From assembly GCA_947259365.1 (NCBI GenBank), contig CAMYMC010000008.1, positions 45,804 through 109,803 of the forward strand: a stretch of 64,000 nt of DNA, read 5' to 3'. This stretch comes from an uncultured Acidimicrobiaceae bacterium. Lineage in GTDB: Bacteria; Actinomycetota; Acidimicrobiia; Spongiisociales; UBA5794. Positions 31,498 to 41,191 of the stretch are shown piece by piece. Each line of letters opens with the position of its first letter. Positions within the stretch are counted from its first letter, which is position 1. Position numbers and translations under genes: made by a program. The notes below the pieces were generated by a model. It searched no databases and had not been told where the DNA came from. It saw only the letters and a list, made by a program, of their open reading frames with translations.

Positions 31498-32871
31498 TCA
31501 CGATTCGACTGCGATCCCGGCCGCGAACGCTACAGCGCCATCGGCGCGTGCGCTCCAGGCTGCCACCACCGGTGCCGGTGCGTCGACGCGGTAGCTCGCG
31601 ATGGCCAGATCGTCGGGGACGTCGAAGCGTCCTAGGGAGCCCGGCCCGACGACGAGTTTCTCCACGGGGAGATCCCGCACCCCCAGGGGCTCGAGGGACA
31701 CGGTGAGCGTCTCTCCACTCGGGTTGTACACCCACACCGTCGACGTCGCGTCCGGGACGCCGCCGGCACCGGGGAGGAGCCACCTGGCAGCGCCGTGGTC
31801 TGCGCCGGACGTCGCGGCGAATCGCGCAGAGCCGGCGACGGCGATCGCGTCCTCGCCGTCGGCGTCGCCGGCGGGACCCTCCTCGGCGACGACGGCAGCT
31901 CCGATCGCAGCTGTCGAGCGCAGCGCAATGCCGTAGTCGCCGTCGGCGAGCACGGAGAGATCGACCCGCTGCGGAGAACCGGCGGCGACCTCGACCCGAG
32001 TCACGTCGACCAGCGTCCCCTCGGCGGTGAGGAGGTCGACGGACACGGTGGCGGGCTGGACGCCCGGGTTGGTGAGCGCGACCGACGACACCATCCCCTC
32101 GATGCCGGCAACGGGGAACGTCCACGTGGTCGCGAGCCCCGTCCCCGTCCAGGTCGCCTCGTCGCCACCGGCCGAGAGCACGATCGCCGGGATGATGACG
32201 CCGTCTGCGGCGCTGACGACGAGCGAGAGGTCGTCGAGGAACGGCACGACGGGGTCGAGCTCGACGTTCGCCCAGCTCCGGCCGAGCACGTCGAGGGAGC
32301 CGAATTGCGGCAGCGGCTCGGGACCGAACTCGCTCGTGCCGTTGATCGACACCTTCACGTCGTTGGGGAACGGGTTGAACAGTCGGAGGGTCAGCGAGAT
32401 TCCCTCACGGGTCGTGCCGCCCGGCAGGTGCCAGATCTTCGGCACCGAGACCACACACCGGTCCACGGTGAGCAGCCCTGGGGCCCACACCACCGAGGAC
32501 GCCGCGGCAGGCCCGTCGTCGAACTCCACGAAACCGGGCGCATCCCCGCGCCGCACGATCCCCGCCACGTCGACCACACGGCTGCCGGGGCCGCGCAAGA
32601 TCACCTCTCCTGCGTCGGCCGACTCGTTCTGAATCGGGCTGGGCAGGGTGATGACGGCCTCGCCCTCGACCTCCGACGCGAGCAGCAATGCCGCGTCCCG
32701 GTCGGCGCCGGAGTTCACCCAAGGGCAATACCAGACGCTCGCGCTCGCCGTCGGTGAGTGGGCGGCCTCCGGCTGGCCGGCGAACTCGGGCACCGGCACG
32801 TCCGGAGCCGGAGCCAGGGCGGCACCAGTTGCTACGACGGCGAGCACGACGAGGGTCCACAGCCGCTTCAC
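31498..32871 (-). CDS. DUF5719-like secreted protein
   Basis: Signal peptide, WYCP, repeated L-x-NP beta modules; directly follows the large GT2. Confidence 0.7.
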   Translation of the reverse strand: MKRLWTLVVLAVVATGAALAPAPDVPVPEFAGQPEAAHSPTASASVWYCPWVNSGADRDAALLLASEVEGEAVITLPSPIQNESADAGEVILRGPGSRVVDVAGIVRRGDAPGFVEFDDGPAAASSVVWAPGLLTVDRCVVSVPKIWHLPGGTTREGISLTLRLFNPFPNDVKVSINGTSEFGPEPLPQFGSLDVLGRSWANVELDPVVPFLDDLSLVVSAADGVIIPAIVLSAGGDEATWTGTGLATTWTFPVAGIEGMVSSVALTNPGVQPATVSVDLLTAEGTLVDVTRVEVAAGSPQRVDLSVLADGDYGIALRSTAAIGAAVVAEEGPAGDADGEDAIAVAGSARFAATSGADHGAARWLLPGAGGVPDATSTVWVYNPSGETLTVSLEPLGVRDLPVEKLVVGPGSLGRFDVPDDLAIASYRVDAPAPVVAAWSARADGAVAFAAGIAVES

Positions 32872-35639
32872 GCCCCCCGCCTCCCCCACCATGCCGCTCC
32901 CAGGAGCAGCACCATCGCAACGCCGACCGCCTGCGCCTGGAAGCGTCTCGAGGGGATCGGGTCGAAGCGAGCGCGGCCTTCCGCGGCGCTGACGACGTTG
33001 CCCCATTCCCGCTGTTCCCAGGGACCCGGCTCCCATCGCGAGGACGCCGTCTCGGCGAGGAACACGGTTTCGCCGGGGACCTCGGCTCCCTCGTACCCCC
33101 ACGGGGTCCGCACCCAGCTGTCGCCGGAGCTGGACAGGGCACGTACCGCTTGCCCGGGATCGTCGACCACGAAGGTGGGACGGCGCAGACCCTCGAGCGG
33201 CACGAGGTCGAGCTGACCGCCCAACACCTCCTCGAGCGGCGTGTCTCCGAGCGCGATGACCCAGCGGATGCCGAACGCGGTGAGCAACTCGCCGGCCCGG
33301 AACGTCGCGCCCGTGATCGCCGAGTCGAGGACGGCGGCGAGCGCGTCGTCGCCGGGGGCGGGCGCAGCGAGCCACGCCTCGTCGAGCGTCGGCAGAGGGG
33401 CAGACGTCACCCGATAGGCGGCGCCCCTGACCGTGCGGTACTCCCCGGGCATCGTGTCGGCGGGACCCACGAACAGAACCCGGGCGGTACCGGCCTCGTC
33501 GCTGCCGGCATCGATGAACCGAACCGGCGCGCTCAGCTCGTCGGCGGGCAGGCCGGCTCGCCCCGGGACGAGGACGAGGGCAGCGCTGGCAACGAGGGCC
33601 GCGGCTCCGACTCCTCCGACGGCGATCACGACCCGATCCCAGCTCTTGACGACGTCGACCCGTCGCAGCGCTTCGAAGACGGTCGCGGTGACCACCGCCG
33701 ACCCCATCGCCACGGCCGCGAGGGCGGCGAACTCGACCTCCCTACCCGCTCCGGTCGCCTGGCTCCTCGCCAGCCACGCCGCGCCGCCGGTAGCGACGCT
33801 GCCCCAGATCGCCACCGCCCCGAGCCGACCCGGTGCGGCGAGAAGCGCACCGGCGGCGGCGACGCCGAAGGCGATAGCGAGGAGGGCGCCGGGCTCCCAG
33901 AACGCGTCGCCGCTGCGGACGTACGCACCGAGATCGGCGGCCGCCAGCCACGGCGCGGTCGCGGCCACGCCGGCTGCGCCGGCACCGAGCGCGAGGGCGC
34001 CGAAGTGCCACGTGCGGACGTTGCCGGCGGCGTAACCGACGCCGACGAGCGCAATCGCGGTGACCGGCAGTAGCGGCGAGGCCATTGCGAGCAGCGAGAA
34101 CGTGAAGACGGCTCCGGCCAGCCGCCCGACCCGTCTCCGCCAGGTTCGAGGCCAGGGGGCGACCGCAATACGGATCGCCCAGGGCAGGATGCCGATGCCG
34201 ACGAGGGTCGGCACCGCTCCGGCATCTCCCACCGCCCTCGTCGCCGGCCCGGCGATGAGGACGACGGAGCCCGCCATGGCCGGGACGAGGTCGATGCCCC
34301 ACCCCCGAGCGAGGCGAAGGAAGCCGATGACGCCGAGCAGGAAGGACGCCCCCACGAGCACCGCGGCCGCGGTCGTTGGCCGGTCGAAGACGATCGACTG
34401 GACGACGCCGGCGAGCCCGATGAAGGGAGGCAGCGGTTCCGTCGAGCCCAACCCGGCGGGATTCCAGCCCCCGGCGTAGGCCGCAGCCGCATCCCAGCCG
34501 GAAGATGGCAGGGGCAGGCTGAAGCGGGCCGCAGGGAGCCCGGAGCCCCACAAGGACCTGGTGGCGACGAGCACGAAGATCGCGAGCAGCGCTCCGCCGG
34601 CGAGCTCCGGCTTGCGCAGCTCTCGGCCGAAGGCGGCGATGTCGAGGGGCTCGTCCGCCTCGCTCCGGCCCCGCAGGCCTCCGCCGAGCGACGCGCCGAG
34701 CCGGCGAAGCACGGTCGAGCCGCGAACCTGATACCGGAACAGCTCGTCGTCGCCGACGACCCTCCCGACCTGCGCCGCCTGTCGCGCCCGCAGGATCGAG
34801 CCTGAGGTCCCGAGCGTCCACAGCCACGACCCCGCCCAGCGGAAGACCGGCCACCTCCCGGTGAGCGGTGCCACGACCGCTTCGACGAGCCCGATGATGA
34901 ACCGCACTGGCAGCGCCCACGAGAGCGTCACCCAGCTGTATGCCTTGACCATCGCCCGAATCCGCCCGGCCTCTTCGCGCCACCCGCCGAACCCGAGGTC
35001 CGTCGGCGGGAGCATCACCTCCGACGACGGGACGACGACGACGCGCCCGCCCCGCAGCCGGGCGCGTTGGCAGAAGTCGATGGCGGCGGCACCCGGCGCC
35101 ATTGCCGGGTCGGGGCCGCCGAGGCCCCGGGCGAGGTCACGGCGCACGAGCAGGGAGGCACCTCCGGCGGCGGCGACGTCGCGCACGACGTCGTACTGCC
35201 CGGCGTCGACCTCGTCCGGATCGAGCCCGAGGTACGGCTCGTCGAAGACATCGGTGGCGACCCCGACCGCGAGCAGACGGTCCGGTTCCGTAGTGCTGAG
35301 CAGTTTCGAGCCCGCCACCGAGGCCCCAACCCGTTCCGACTCGACGGCGAGGGCTTGCAGCGCGTCGGGCCTCGGCTCGGCCCCGGCGCGGAGGAACCAC
35401 ACATGGCTCTCGGCGGCATCCATGCCGGCGACGACGTCGGCGACGCCGGAGACGAGGCCGAGGTCGACCTCATCGGCAAGCGCCCGGACGCCGTCACCGC
35501 TGCCGACGATGACGACGCGGGACGGCCCGTACACTTGCCGTTCCAGTGCCGCGATCGTCTGCGCCACAGTCACGGGATCGTCGCCGAGCACGGCTGCGAC
35601 CACGGTCACGGGGGGAACGCCCTCAGGACGAGAAGACAT
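32868..35639 (-). CDS. Large GT2-family glycosyltransferase with multi-pass membrane domain
   Basis: N-terminal GT2-like (GQYD, DFCQRAR) followed by many TMs; conserved GT2-DUF5719 pair. Confidence 0.8.
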   Translation of the reverse strand: MSSRPEGVPPVTVVAAVLGDDPVTVAQTIAALERQVYGPSRVVIVGSGDGVRALADEVDLGLVSGVADVVAGMDAAESHVWFLRAGAEPRPDALQALAVESERVGASVAGSKLLSTTEPDRLLAVGVATDVFDEPYLGLDPDEVDAGQYDVVRDVAAAGGASLLVRRDLARGLGGPDPAMAPGAAAIDFCQRARLRGGRVVVVPSSEVMLPPTDLGFGGWREEAGRIRAMVKAYSWVTLSWALPVRFIIGLVEAVVAPLTGRWPVFRWAGSWLWTLGTSGSILRARQAAQVGRVVGDDELFRYQVRGSTVLRRLGASLGGGLRGRSEADEPLDIAAFGRELRKPELAGGALLAIFVLVATRSLWGSGLPAARFSLPLPSSGWDAAAAYAGGWNPAGLGSTEPLPPFIGLAGVVQSIVFDRPTTAAAVLVGASFLLGVIGFLRLARGWGIDLVPAMAGSVVLIAGPATRAVGDAGAVPTLVGIGILPWAIRIAVAPWPRTWRRRVGRLAGAVFTFSLLAMASPLLPVTAIALVGVGYAAGNVRTWHFGALALGAGAAGVAATAPWLAAADLGAYVRSGDAFWEPGALLAIAFGVAAAGALLAAPGRLGAVAIWGSVATGGAAWLARSQATGAGREVEFAALAAVAMGSAVVTATVFEALRRVDVVKSWDRVVIAVGGVGAAALVASAALVLVPGRAGLPADELSAPVRFIDAGSDEAGTARVLFVGPADTMPGEYRTVRGAAYRVTSAPLPTLDEAWLAAPAPGDDALAAVLDSAITGATFRAGELLTAFGIRWVIALGDTPLEEVLGGQLDLVPLEGLRRPTFVVDDPGQAVRALSSSGDSWVRTPWGYEGAEVPGETVFLAETASSRWEPGPWEQREWGNVVSAAEGRARFDPIPSRRFQAQAVGVAMVLLLGAAWWGRRGA

Positions 35640-35651
35640 GGAGGCCACATT

Positions 35652-36602
35652 CTGGAGGCGACCTCGAAGTACCGCAAAGACCGAACCGTCCTCCTCTCCG
35701 GCGGCGTCGGCGGCGCCCGCATGGCGCGCGGCCTGGCCGCGGTCGTAGCAACGGAGGCGCTCACCGTCGTCGTCAACGTCGGCGACGACGCAGAGATGTA
35801 CGGGGCCCACGTCTCGGCCGACCTCGACACGGTGACGTACACCCTCGCCGGGATCGAAGGACCCGAGGGGTGGGGAGTTCGCGACGACACGTTCCGGACA
35901 CTCGAGGGCCTCGCCGCCATCGGGGTCGACACGGCGTTCCGCCTCGGCGACCGCGACCTCGCGACCTGTCTCGCCCGCACGACGGCGATGCGCGCCGGGA
36001 CCACGCTCACCGAGTTCACGGCCCGGCTGACGTCCGGCCTCGGCATCGCGGCCCGCATCTTGCCCGCCACCGACGACCGGCTACGAACGAGGGTCCACAC
36101 GGGAGACGGTGAGTGGCTCGACTTCCAGGAGTACTTCGTCATCAGGGGTCATCGCGACCCCGTCGCCGGCATCCGGTACGACGGGGCAGACTCGGCTCTG
36201 CCGGGGCCGGGCGTCATCGCCTCGATCGACGACGCCGACCTCGTCGTCATCGCACCGTCCAACCCTCCGCTGTCGATCTGGCCCATCCTCGCCGTCCCCG
36301 GGGTCCGGGACGCGGTGGCGGCCCACGACCGCGTCGTCGCCGTCTCCCCCCTCATCGGGGGGAGGGCCCTGAGGGGCCCCGCCGATCGCGTCATGGCGTC
36401 GCTCGGCCTCCCCCCCGGCAACGCCGGTGTCGCCGCCGCGTACGACGGGTTGGTCGACCACCTCGTCGTCGACTCCTCCGACGCGGTGGACATTGCCCTC
36501 GGAGGTGACGGCCTCGAGGTCGTCGCCACCGACACCCGGATCCCGACCGCTGCCGCTGCAGCCCGGCTGGCCGACGAGATCCTCGCCATCGGGGGCGAAT
36601 GA
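35652..36602 (+). CDS. cofD: 2-phospho-L-lactate transferase (start uncertain)
   Basis: LSGGVGGA, VNVGDD, DLDTV-x-YTLAG, LGDRD, FQEYFV, PSNP, GPA. Confidence 0.92.
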   Translation: MEATSKYRKDRTVLLSGGVGGARMARGLAAVVATEALTVVVNVGDDAEMYGAHVSADLDTVTYTLAGIEGPEGWGVRDDTFRTLEGLAAIGVDTAFRLGDRDLATCLARTTAMRAGTTLTEFTARLTSGLGIAARILPATDDRLRTRVHTGDGEWLDFQEYFVIRGHRDPVAGIRYDGADSALPGPGVIASIDDADLVVIAPSNPPLSIWPILAVPGVRDAVAAHDRVVAVSPLIGGRALRGPADRVMASLGLPPGNAGVAAAYDGLVDHLVVDSSDAVDIALGGDGLEVVATDTRIPTAAAAARLADEILAIGGE

Positions 36603-36653
36603 GCGTTCCCGGCCCTGCGCCCCCTCGGTAGATTGCGGCGAACGGAGGTACGC

Positions 36654-37358
36654 GTGGACGGCGCAATCACGATCTTCCCCATCCGCTCCGTCGGCGAGGT
36701 CGGCGCCGGCGACGACGTCGCCGCGATCCTCATCGCATCGATGGGCCGCGACGCCATCGCACTCGAGGCGGGTGACGTCGTCGTCGTCACCCACAAGATC
36801 GTGTCGAAGGCCGAGGGCCGTGTCGTCGAGATCGCCGACGATGCGGACTATCGCGCGCTCGTGCGCGATGAGGCCGCTGCGGTGATCCGAAAGAGGGGCG
36901 ACCTCGTCATCACGAAGACGAGACACGGCTTCATCTGTGCCAACGCCGGTGTCGACCGATCGAACACGCCGGAGGGCACCGCCGTCCTGCTCCCGCTCGA
37001 TCCCGACCGTTCCGCCCATGCGATCCGGTCGAAGCTGGCCGCAGCATCGGGTGTCGACATCGCCGTCATCGTCACCGACACATTCGGACGCCCGTGGCGC
37101 CGCGGGCTTGCCGACGTCGCCATCGGCGTCTCCGGTCTCGAAGCGGTGGCCGACCTGCGCGGGACGCAGGACATGTACGGGCGCACCCTCGATGTCACCG
37201 AGGTCGCCGTCGCCGACGAGCTCGCCGCCGCCGCCGATCTCGTCATGGGCAAGGCAAGCGGCATCCCGGCGGCGGTGGTGCGGGGATACGAAGCACCGCC
37301 CGGGGCCGGGCGCGGATCCGACCTGGTGCGCCGCGCCGACGAGGACCTGTTCCGGTGA
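36654..37358 (+). CDS. cofE: Coenzyme F420-0:L-glutamate ligase
   Basis: KIVSKAEG, ANAGVDRSN, DTFGRPWR, DELAAAADLV. Confidence 0.95.
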   Translation: MDGAITIFPIRSVGEVGAGDDVAAILIASMGRDAIALEAGDVVVVTHKIVSKAEGRVVEIADDADYRALVRDEAAAVIRKRGDLVITKTRHGFICANAGVDRSNTPEGTAVLLPLDPDRSAHAIRSKLAAASGVDIAVIVTDTFGRPWRRGLADVAIGVSGLEAVADLRGTQDMYGRTLDVTEVAVADELAAAADLVMGKASGIPAAVVRGYEAPPGAGRGSDLVRRADEDLFR

Positions 37359-37362
37359 GCTG

Positions 37363-38256
37363 ATGCCGGAGCTCCCCGAGATCGTCGCCTATCTCGAAGC
37401 GATCGATTCCCGGGTCACCGACGCCACCCTCGAAGAGGTGCGCATCGCTTCGTTCTCGCTGCTCAAGACCTACGACCCGCCGATCGACCGCGCCCACTCC
37501 AGGGCGGTGACGGGGACGTCGCGGCTCGGCAAGCGGATCGTCCTCCACCTCGAGGGCTCGCTCGCGCTCGTCCTCCACCTCATGGTGGCCGGCAGGCTCC
37601 ACTGGCACGAGGACCGCCCCGCCATCCCCAGGAAATACGGCCTCGCCTCGTTCGACTTCTCCACGGGCAGCCTCCTCCTCACCGAAGCCGGAACGAAACG
37701 CCGCGCCTCGTTGCACCTCGTCACCGATCCGGATGGGATCGCCTCGCTCGACCCCGGCGGTGTCGAGGTCGCCGCCGCAACCAACGCCGAGTTCGCCGCC
37801 GCCCTCACCGCCGAGCGTCACACCCTGAAGCGAGCCCTGACCGATGCCCGGTTCATCTCGGGTATCGGCGGTGCATTCGCCGATGAGATCATGCATCGCG
37901 CCGGACTGTCGCCGCTGGCGATCAACACGAGCCTCGACGAGTCGGAGATCGCCGCGCTCCATCGGGCCGCCGTCGACGTGCTGGCAGAGTGGGTCCGGAT
38001 CAGGAGATCGGACGCCGGCGACGGGTTCCCCGAGAAGGTCACCGCGTTCCATCCCGCCATGGCGGTCCACGGCAAATACGGTGAGCCCTGCCCTGTCTGT
38101 GGCGCACCGGTGCAGCGGATCGTGTACGCCTCGCGGGAGACGAACTACTGCCCCGGTTGCCAGACGGGAGGCAGGATCCTCGCCGACCGCTCGTTGAGCC
38201 GGCTCCTCAAAGACGACTGGCCGCGGACCCTCGACGAGCTCGAGGGCGAGTCCTGA
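37363..38256 (+). CDS. Fpg/Nei family DNA glycosylase
   Basis: MPELPE, HLMVAG, GIG, C-terminal CPVC...CPGCQ zinc finger. Confidence 0.93.
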   Translation: MPELPEIVAYLEAIDSRVTDATLEEVRIASFSLLKTYDPPIDRAHSRAVTGTSRLGKRIVLHLEGSLALVLHLMVAGRLHWHEDRPAIPRKYGLASFDFSTGSLLLTEAGTKRRASLHLVTDPDGIASLDPGGVEVAAATNAEFAAALTAERHTLKRALTDARFISGIGGAFADEIMHRAGLSPLAINTSLDESEIAALHRAAVDVLAEWVRIRRSDAGDGFPEKVTAFHPAMAVHGKYGEPCPVCGAPVQRIVYASRETNYCPGCQTGGRILADRSLSRLLKDDWPRTLDELEGES

Positions 38257-38260
38257 TCGG

Positions 38261-39232
38261 TCATCGGGTCTGCGCCTTCAACCAGGCCACCGTCTGACGG
38301 AGGCCGTCGTCGAGGCTCGTCCACGGCCTCCAACCGAGCCGCTCCCGGGCGGCGCCGGCATCGAAGGCCATACGCTGCCACTCGTCCTGCCGATCCTCGT
38401 CCAGCTCAGGACGGCGCACCGATCCGGTGATCTCGCGGAGACGGCGGGCAAGCTCCACGAGCGTCGTCTCGACACCGCTGGCGATGTGGAAGTACCTGTT
38501 GCCGCCCCTCATCGCGGCGCGCACGGCCGCGTCGGCGACGTCGTCGACGTAGACGAGATCCCTCGTCTGCGAGCCGTCACCGGCCAGGACCGGGCGCTGA
38601 TCGGCGAGCAGCGGTCCGGCGATGCCCACGACTACGGCGTCGGCAGAGCCAGGCGCCTGGCGCGGTCCGTAAACGGTCGCTGTCCCGAGCGCGGCGTACC
38701 CGATGCCGTGGCGGCGCGCCGCGTGCGCGAGATACTCGAGCACGCCGCCGGCGGAGACGCCGCCGGCGCCGGTCGGTCGGCGCGCAGCCCGAACTCCCAC
38801 CGGGACCCGTGCCGCCGGGCCATACATCTCCCGGGCCGCGGTGACATAGACGACCCGGGTCACCCCGGCGAGGCGAGCGGCTTCGACGACGTTGACGGCA
38901 CCGACGAAATCCACCGACGCCGTCGCCACGGGATCGGTGGCGGCGTCCGAGGTGTGCCCCCGGGCAGCGAGATGAAACACCACTGAAGGGGCGAACCGGG
39001 TGACGACGGCTCCCAGCAGCTCCTCCCGCACGTCGAGTTGATGAAACTGCACATCCCCATGGCGTCTCGCCGCCGAGAGGTGCTCGAGGTGCCCGCTGGA
39101 GAGATCGTCGACGACGAGGACGGAGAGGCCGTCGTCGACGAGCCGGTCAACGAGTGTCGACCCGACGAAGCCGGCGCCGCCGGTCACGACGGCTCTCGGC
39201 GTTTCCAGCGTCTCGACGAGTGAGGTCGTCAC
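38261..39232 (-). CDS. NAD-dependent epimerase/dehydratase family protein (degenerate active site)
   Basis: VTGGAGFVGS, HLAA, VYGPRQ, TRDLVYVDD; no YxxxK at the expected site. Confidence 0.85.
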   Translation of the reverse strand: MTTSLVETLETPRAVVTGGAGFVGSTLVDRLVDDGLSVLVVDDLSSGHLEHLSAARRHGDVQFHQLDVREELLGAVVTRFAPSVVFHLAARGHTSDAATDPVATASVDFVGAVNVVEAARLAGVTRVVYVTAAREMYGPAARVPVGVRAARRPTGAGGVSAGGVLEYLAHAARRHGIGYAALGTATVYGPRQAPGSADAVVVGIAGPLLADQRPVLAGDGSQTRDLVYVDDVADAAVRAAMRGGNRYFHIASGVETTLVELARRLREITGSVRRPELDEDRQDEWQRMAFDAGAARERLGWRPWTSLDDGLRQTVAWLKAQTR

Positions 39233-39309
39233 ACCGGTCAAGCTAGCCGTACCGACCGGACCGGTTCCCAGGCTGGGGTGAAGACCGGGGAGCTGGGGCC
39301 GAAGCAAGG

Positions 39310-39432
39310 GACACTCACCGTCGACCGGTGGGGCCTAAGGGCATCTCACATCGCGCCGATACCACTACTGTCACGCTTGTTCGTTCGGTCGTGACAGTGC
39401 GGTCCACGGGGGTGGCACAGCGGTGACCTCGG
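39310..39432 (+). repeat. 123-bp direct repeat, copy 1
   Basis: Matches 41069-41191 with 3 mismatches. Confidence 0.95.
39336..39398 (+). promoter_or_regulatory. Sigma28-like promoter plus 9-bp inverted repeat (duplicated at 41095-41157)
   Basis: TAAG-N15-GCCGATAC; ACTGTCACG-N14-CGTGACAGT. Confidence 0.55.
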
Positions 39433-41064
39433 GAGCAGGCGTTCTCCGGGTTCTCCAACCCGGCACCGCTCACGATCGCCGTGTTGTACGTGCTCGCCGG
39501 CGCCGCATCGAAGTCGGGCGCGTTGCAGCCGCTCGTCGGCGCCGCCCTCGACCCCGCCGGCGACGACCGGCGCAACCTCGCCAGGCTTCTCCCCCCGGTC
39601 GCGGCTGCATCGTCGGTCCTCAACAACACTCCGATCGTCGCCATGCTCGTCCCAGAACTGAGCAGCTGGGCGGCCCGGCACGACAGGGCGATCTCAAGGT
39701 TCCTCATGCCGATCTCTTTCGCGGCGATCCTCGGCGGCACGGTCACCCTGATCGGGACGTCGACGAACCTCGTCGTCTCCGGCCTCCTCGAGGCGGCCGG
39801 GTTCGAGCCCCTCGGCTTCTTCGAGCTCACCGCGCTCGGCGCCCCGATCGCCGTCGTCGGCCTCGGTGCGCTGGTCGCGCTGGCGCCCCGTCTCCTCCCC
39901 ACCCGCGAGTCGACCCGGCGCGAGCTCACCGAGGCTGCCCGCGAGTTCGTCGTCGAACTGGACATCGTCGAGTCGGGCCCGCTCGATGGAGCAAGCGTCG
40001 AAGGTGGCGGGCTTCGCCACCTCGCCGGCGTGTTCCTCGTCCAGGTGCTCCGAGGCGACGAGATCATCGCCCCGGTCGCTCCGGGGCAGCGGCTCCGCGG
40101 GCGTGACCGCCTCCGCTTCGTCGGCAAAGCCGACAACGTCGTGGACCTGCTGTCCATCTCCGGGCTCACCTCACGCGTCGCCGACGAGACGCGGTTCGAC
40201 CTCGACCGCTCGAGCTTCTTCGAAGCCGTCGTCGGCCTCTCGTCGCCACTCGTCGGGAGGACCCTGCGCGACGCGCAGTTCCGCAACACGTACCAAGCCG
40301 CCGTCGTGGCGATCCACAGGGCCGGAGAGCGCATCGATGCCAAGCTGGGTGATGTCAGTTTGCGGGTCGGCGACACCCTGGTCCTCCTCGCCGATCCCGG
40401 GTTCCGCGACCGGTGGCGGGAGCGGCGGGACTTCCTCCTCGTCTCGCCCCTCGGCGTCTCGGCGCCGCCCGTGCTACGGCACCGGGTGCCGGTCGCCGTC
40501 ATCGTCGCCGCAGTCGTCGTCCTGGCGTCGGCGACACCGGTGCCGATCCTCAATGCGGCGCTGCTCGGAGCGCTGGCGGTGCTGGCCCTGCGCATCCTGA
40601 CGTTCGGAGAGGCGCGCAACGCGATCGACCTCGACGTGATCCTGCTCATCGCCGGCGGCTTCGGCCTCGGCGAGGCGATGCGGGTGTCTGGACTTGCCGG
40701 CGTCGTCGCCGAAGGGCTCGCCGACACCGCCGGACAGCTCGGGGCGGTCGGAGCGCTCGCCGGGATCGTCCTCGCAACCGTGATCCTCACCGAATCCGTC
40801 TCGAACACAGCGGCGGCGCTCATCGTGTTCCCGATCGCACTCGCCACCGCACAGGGGCTCGGACTCGACCCGCGAGGGTTCGCCGTCGCCGTCGCCCTCG
40901 CTGCCTCCGCTTCGTTCCTGACGCCGGTGGGGTACCAGACGAATGTGATGGTCTACGGGCCCGGTGGTTACCGATACCGTGACTACACCCGGCTCGGCCT
41001 CCCGCTGACAGGACTCGTCGTCGTCGCCATCATCATCGGGGTCCCCCTGATGTGGCCGCTCTGA
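39433..41064 (+). pseudogene. SLC13/TrkA-C permease, 5'-truncated (may be expressed from GTG 39481)
   Basis: Homology starts abruptly at EQAFSGFSNPAP right after the repeat; NNTP, LIGTSTNL, two TrkA-C domains, SNTAAA, TPVGYQTN. Confidence 0.7.
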
Positions 41065-41068
41065 GGGA

Positions 41069-41191
41069 GACGCTCACCGTCGACCGGTGGATCCTAAGGG
41101 CATCTCACATCGCGCCGATACCACTACTGTCACGCTTGTTCGTTCGGTCGTGACAGTGCGGTCCACGGGGGTGGCACAGCGGTGACCTCGG
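41069..41191 (+). repeat. 123-bp direct repeat, copy 2
   Basis: Matches 39310-39432; includes the start codon of the Thr-rich gene. Confidence 0.95.

Noticed and set aside
39412-39432. Selenocysteine or readthrough at in-frame TGA 39424 restoring the SLC13 N-terminus
   Set aside because: It would add only 7 residues from the repeat, not the missing helices; no convincing SECIS.
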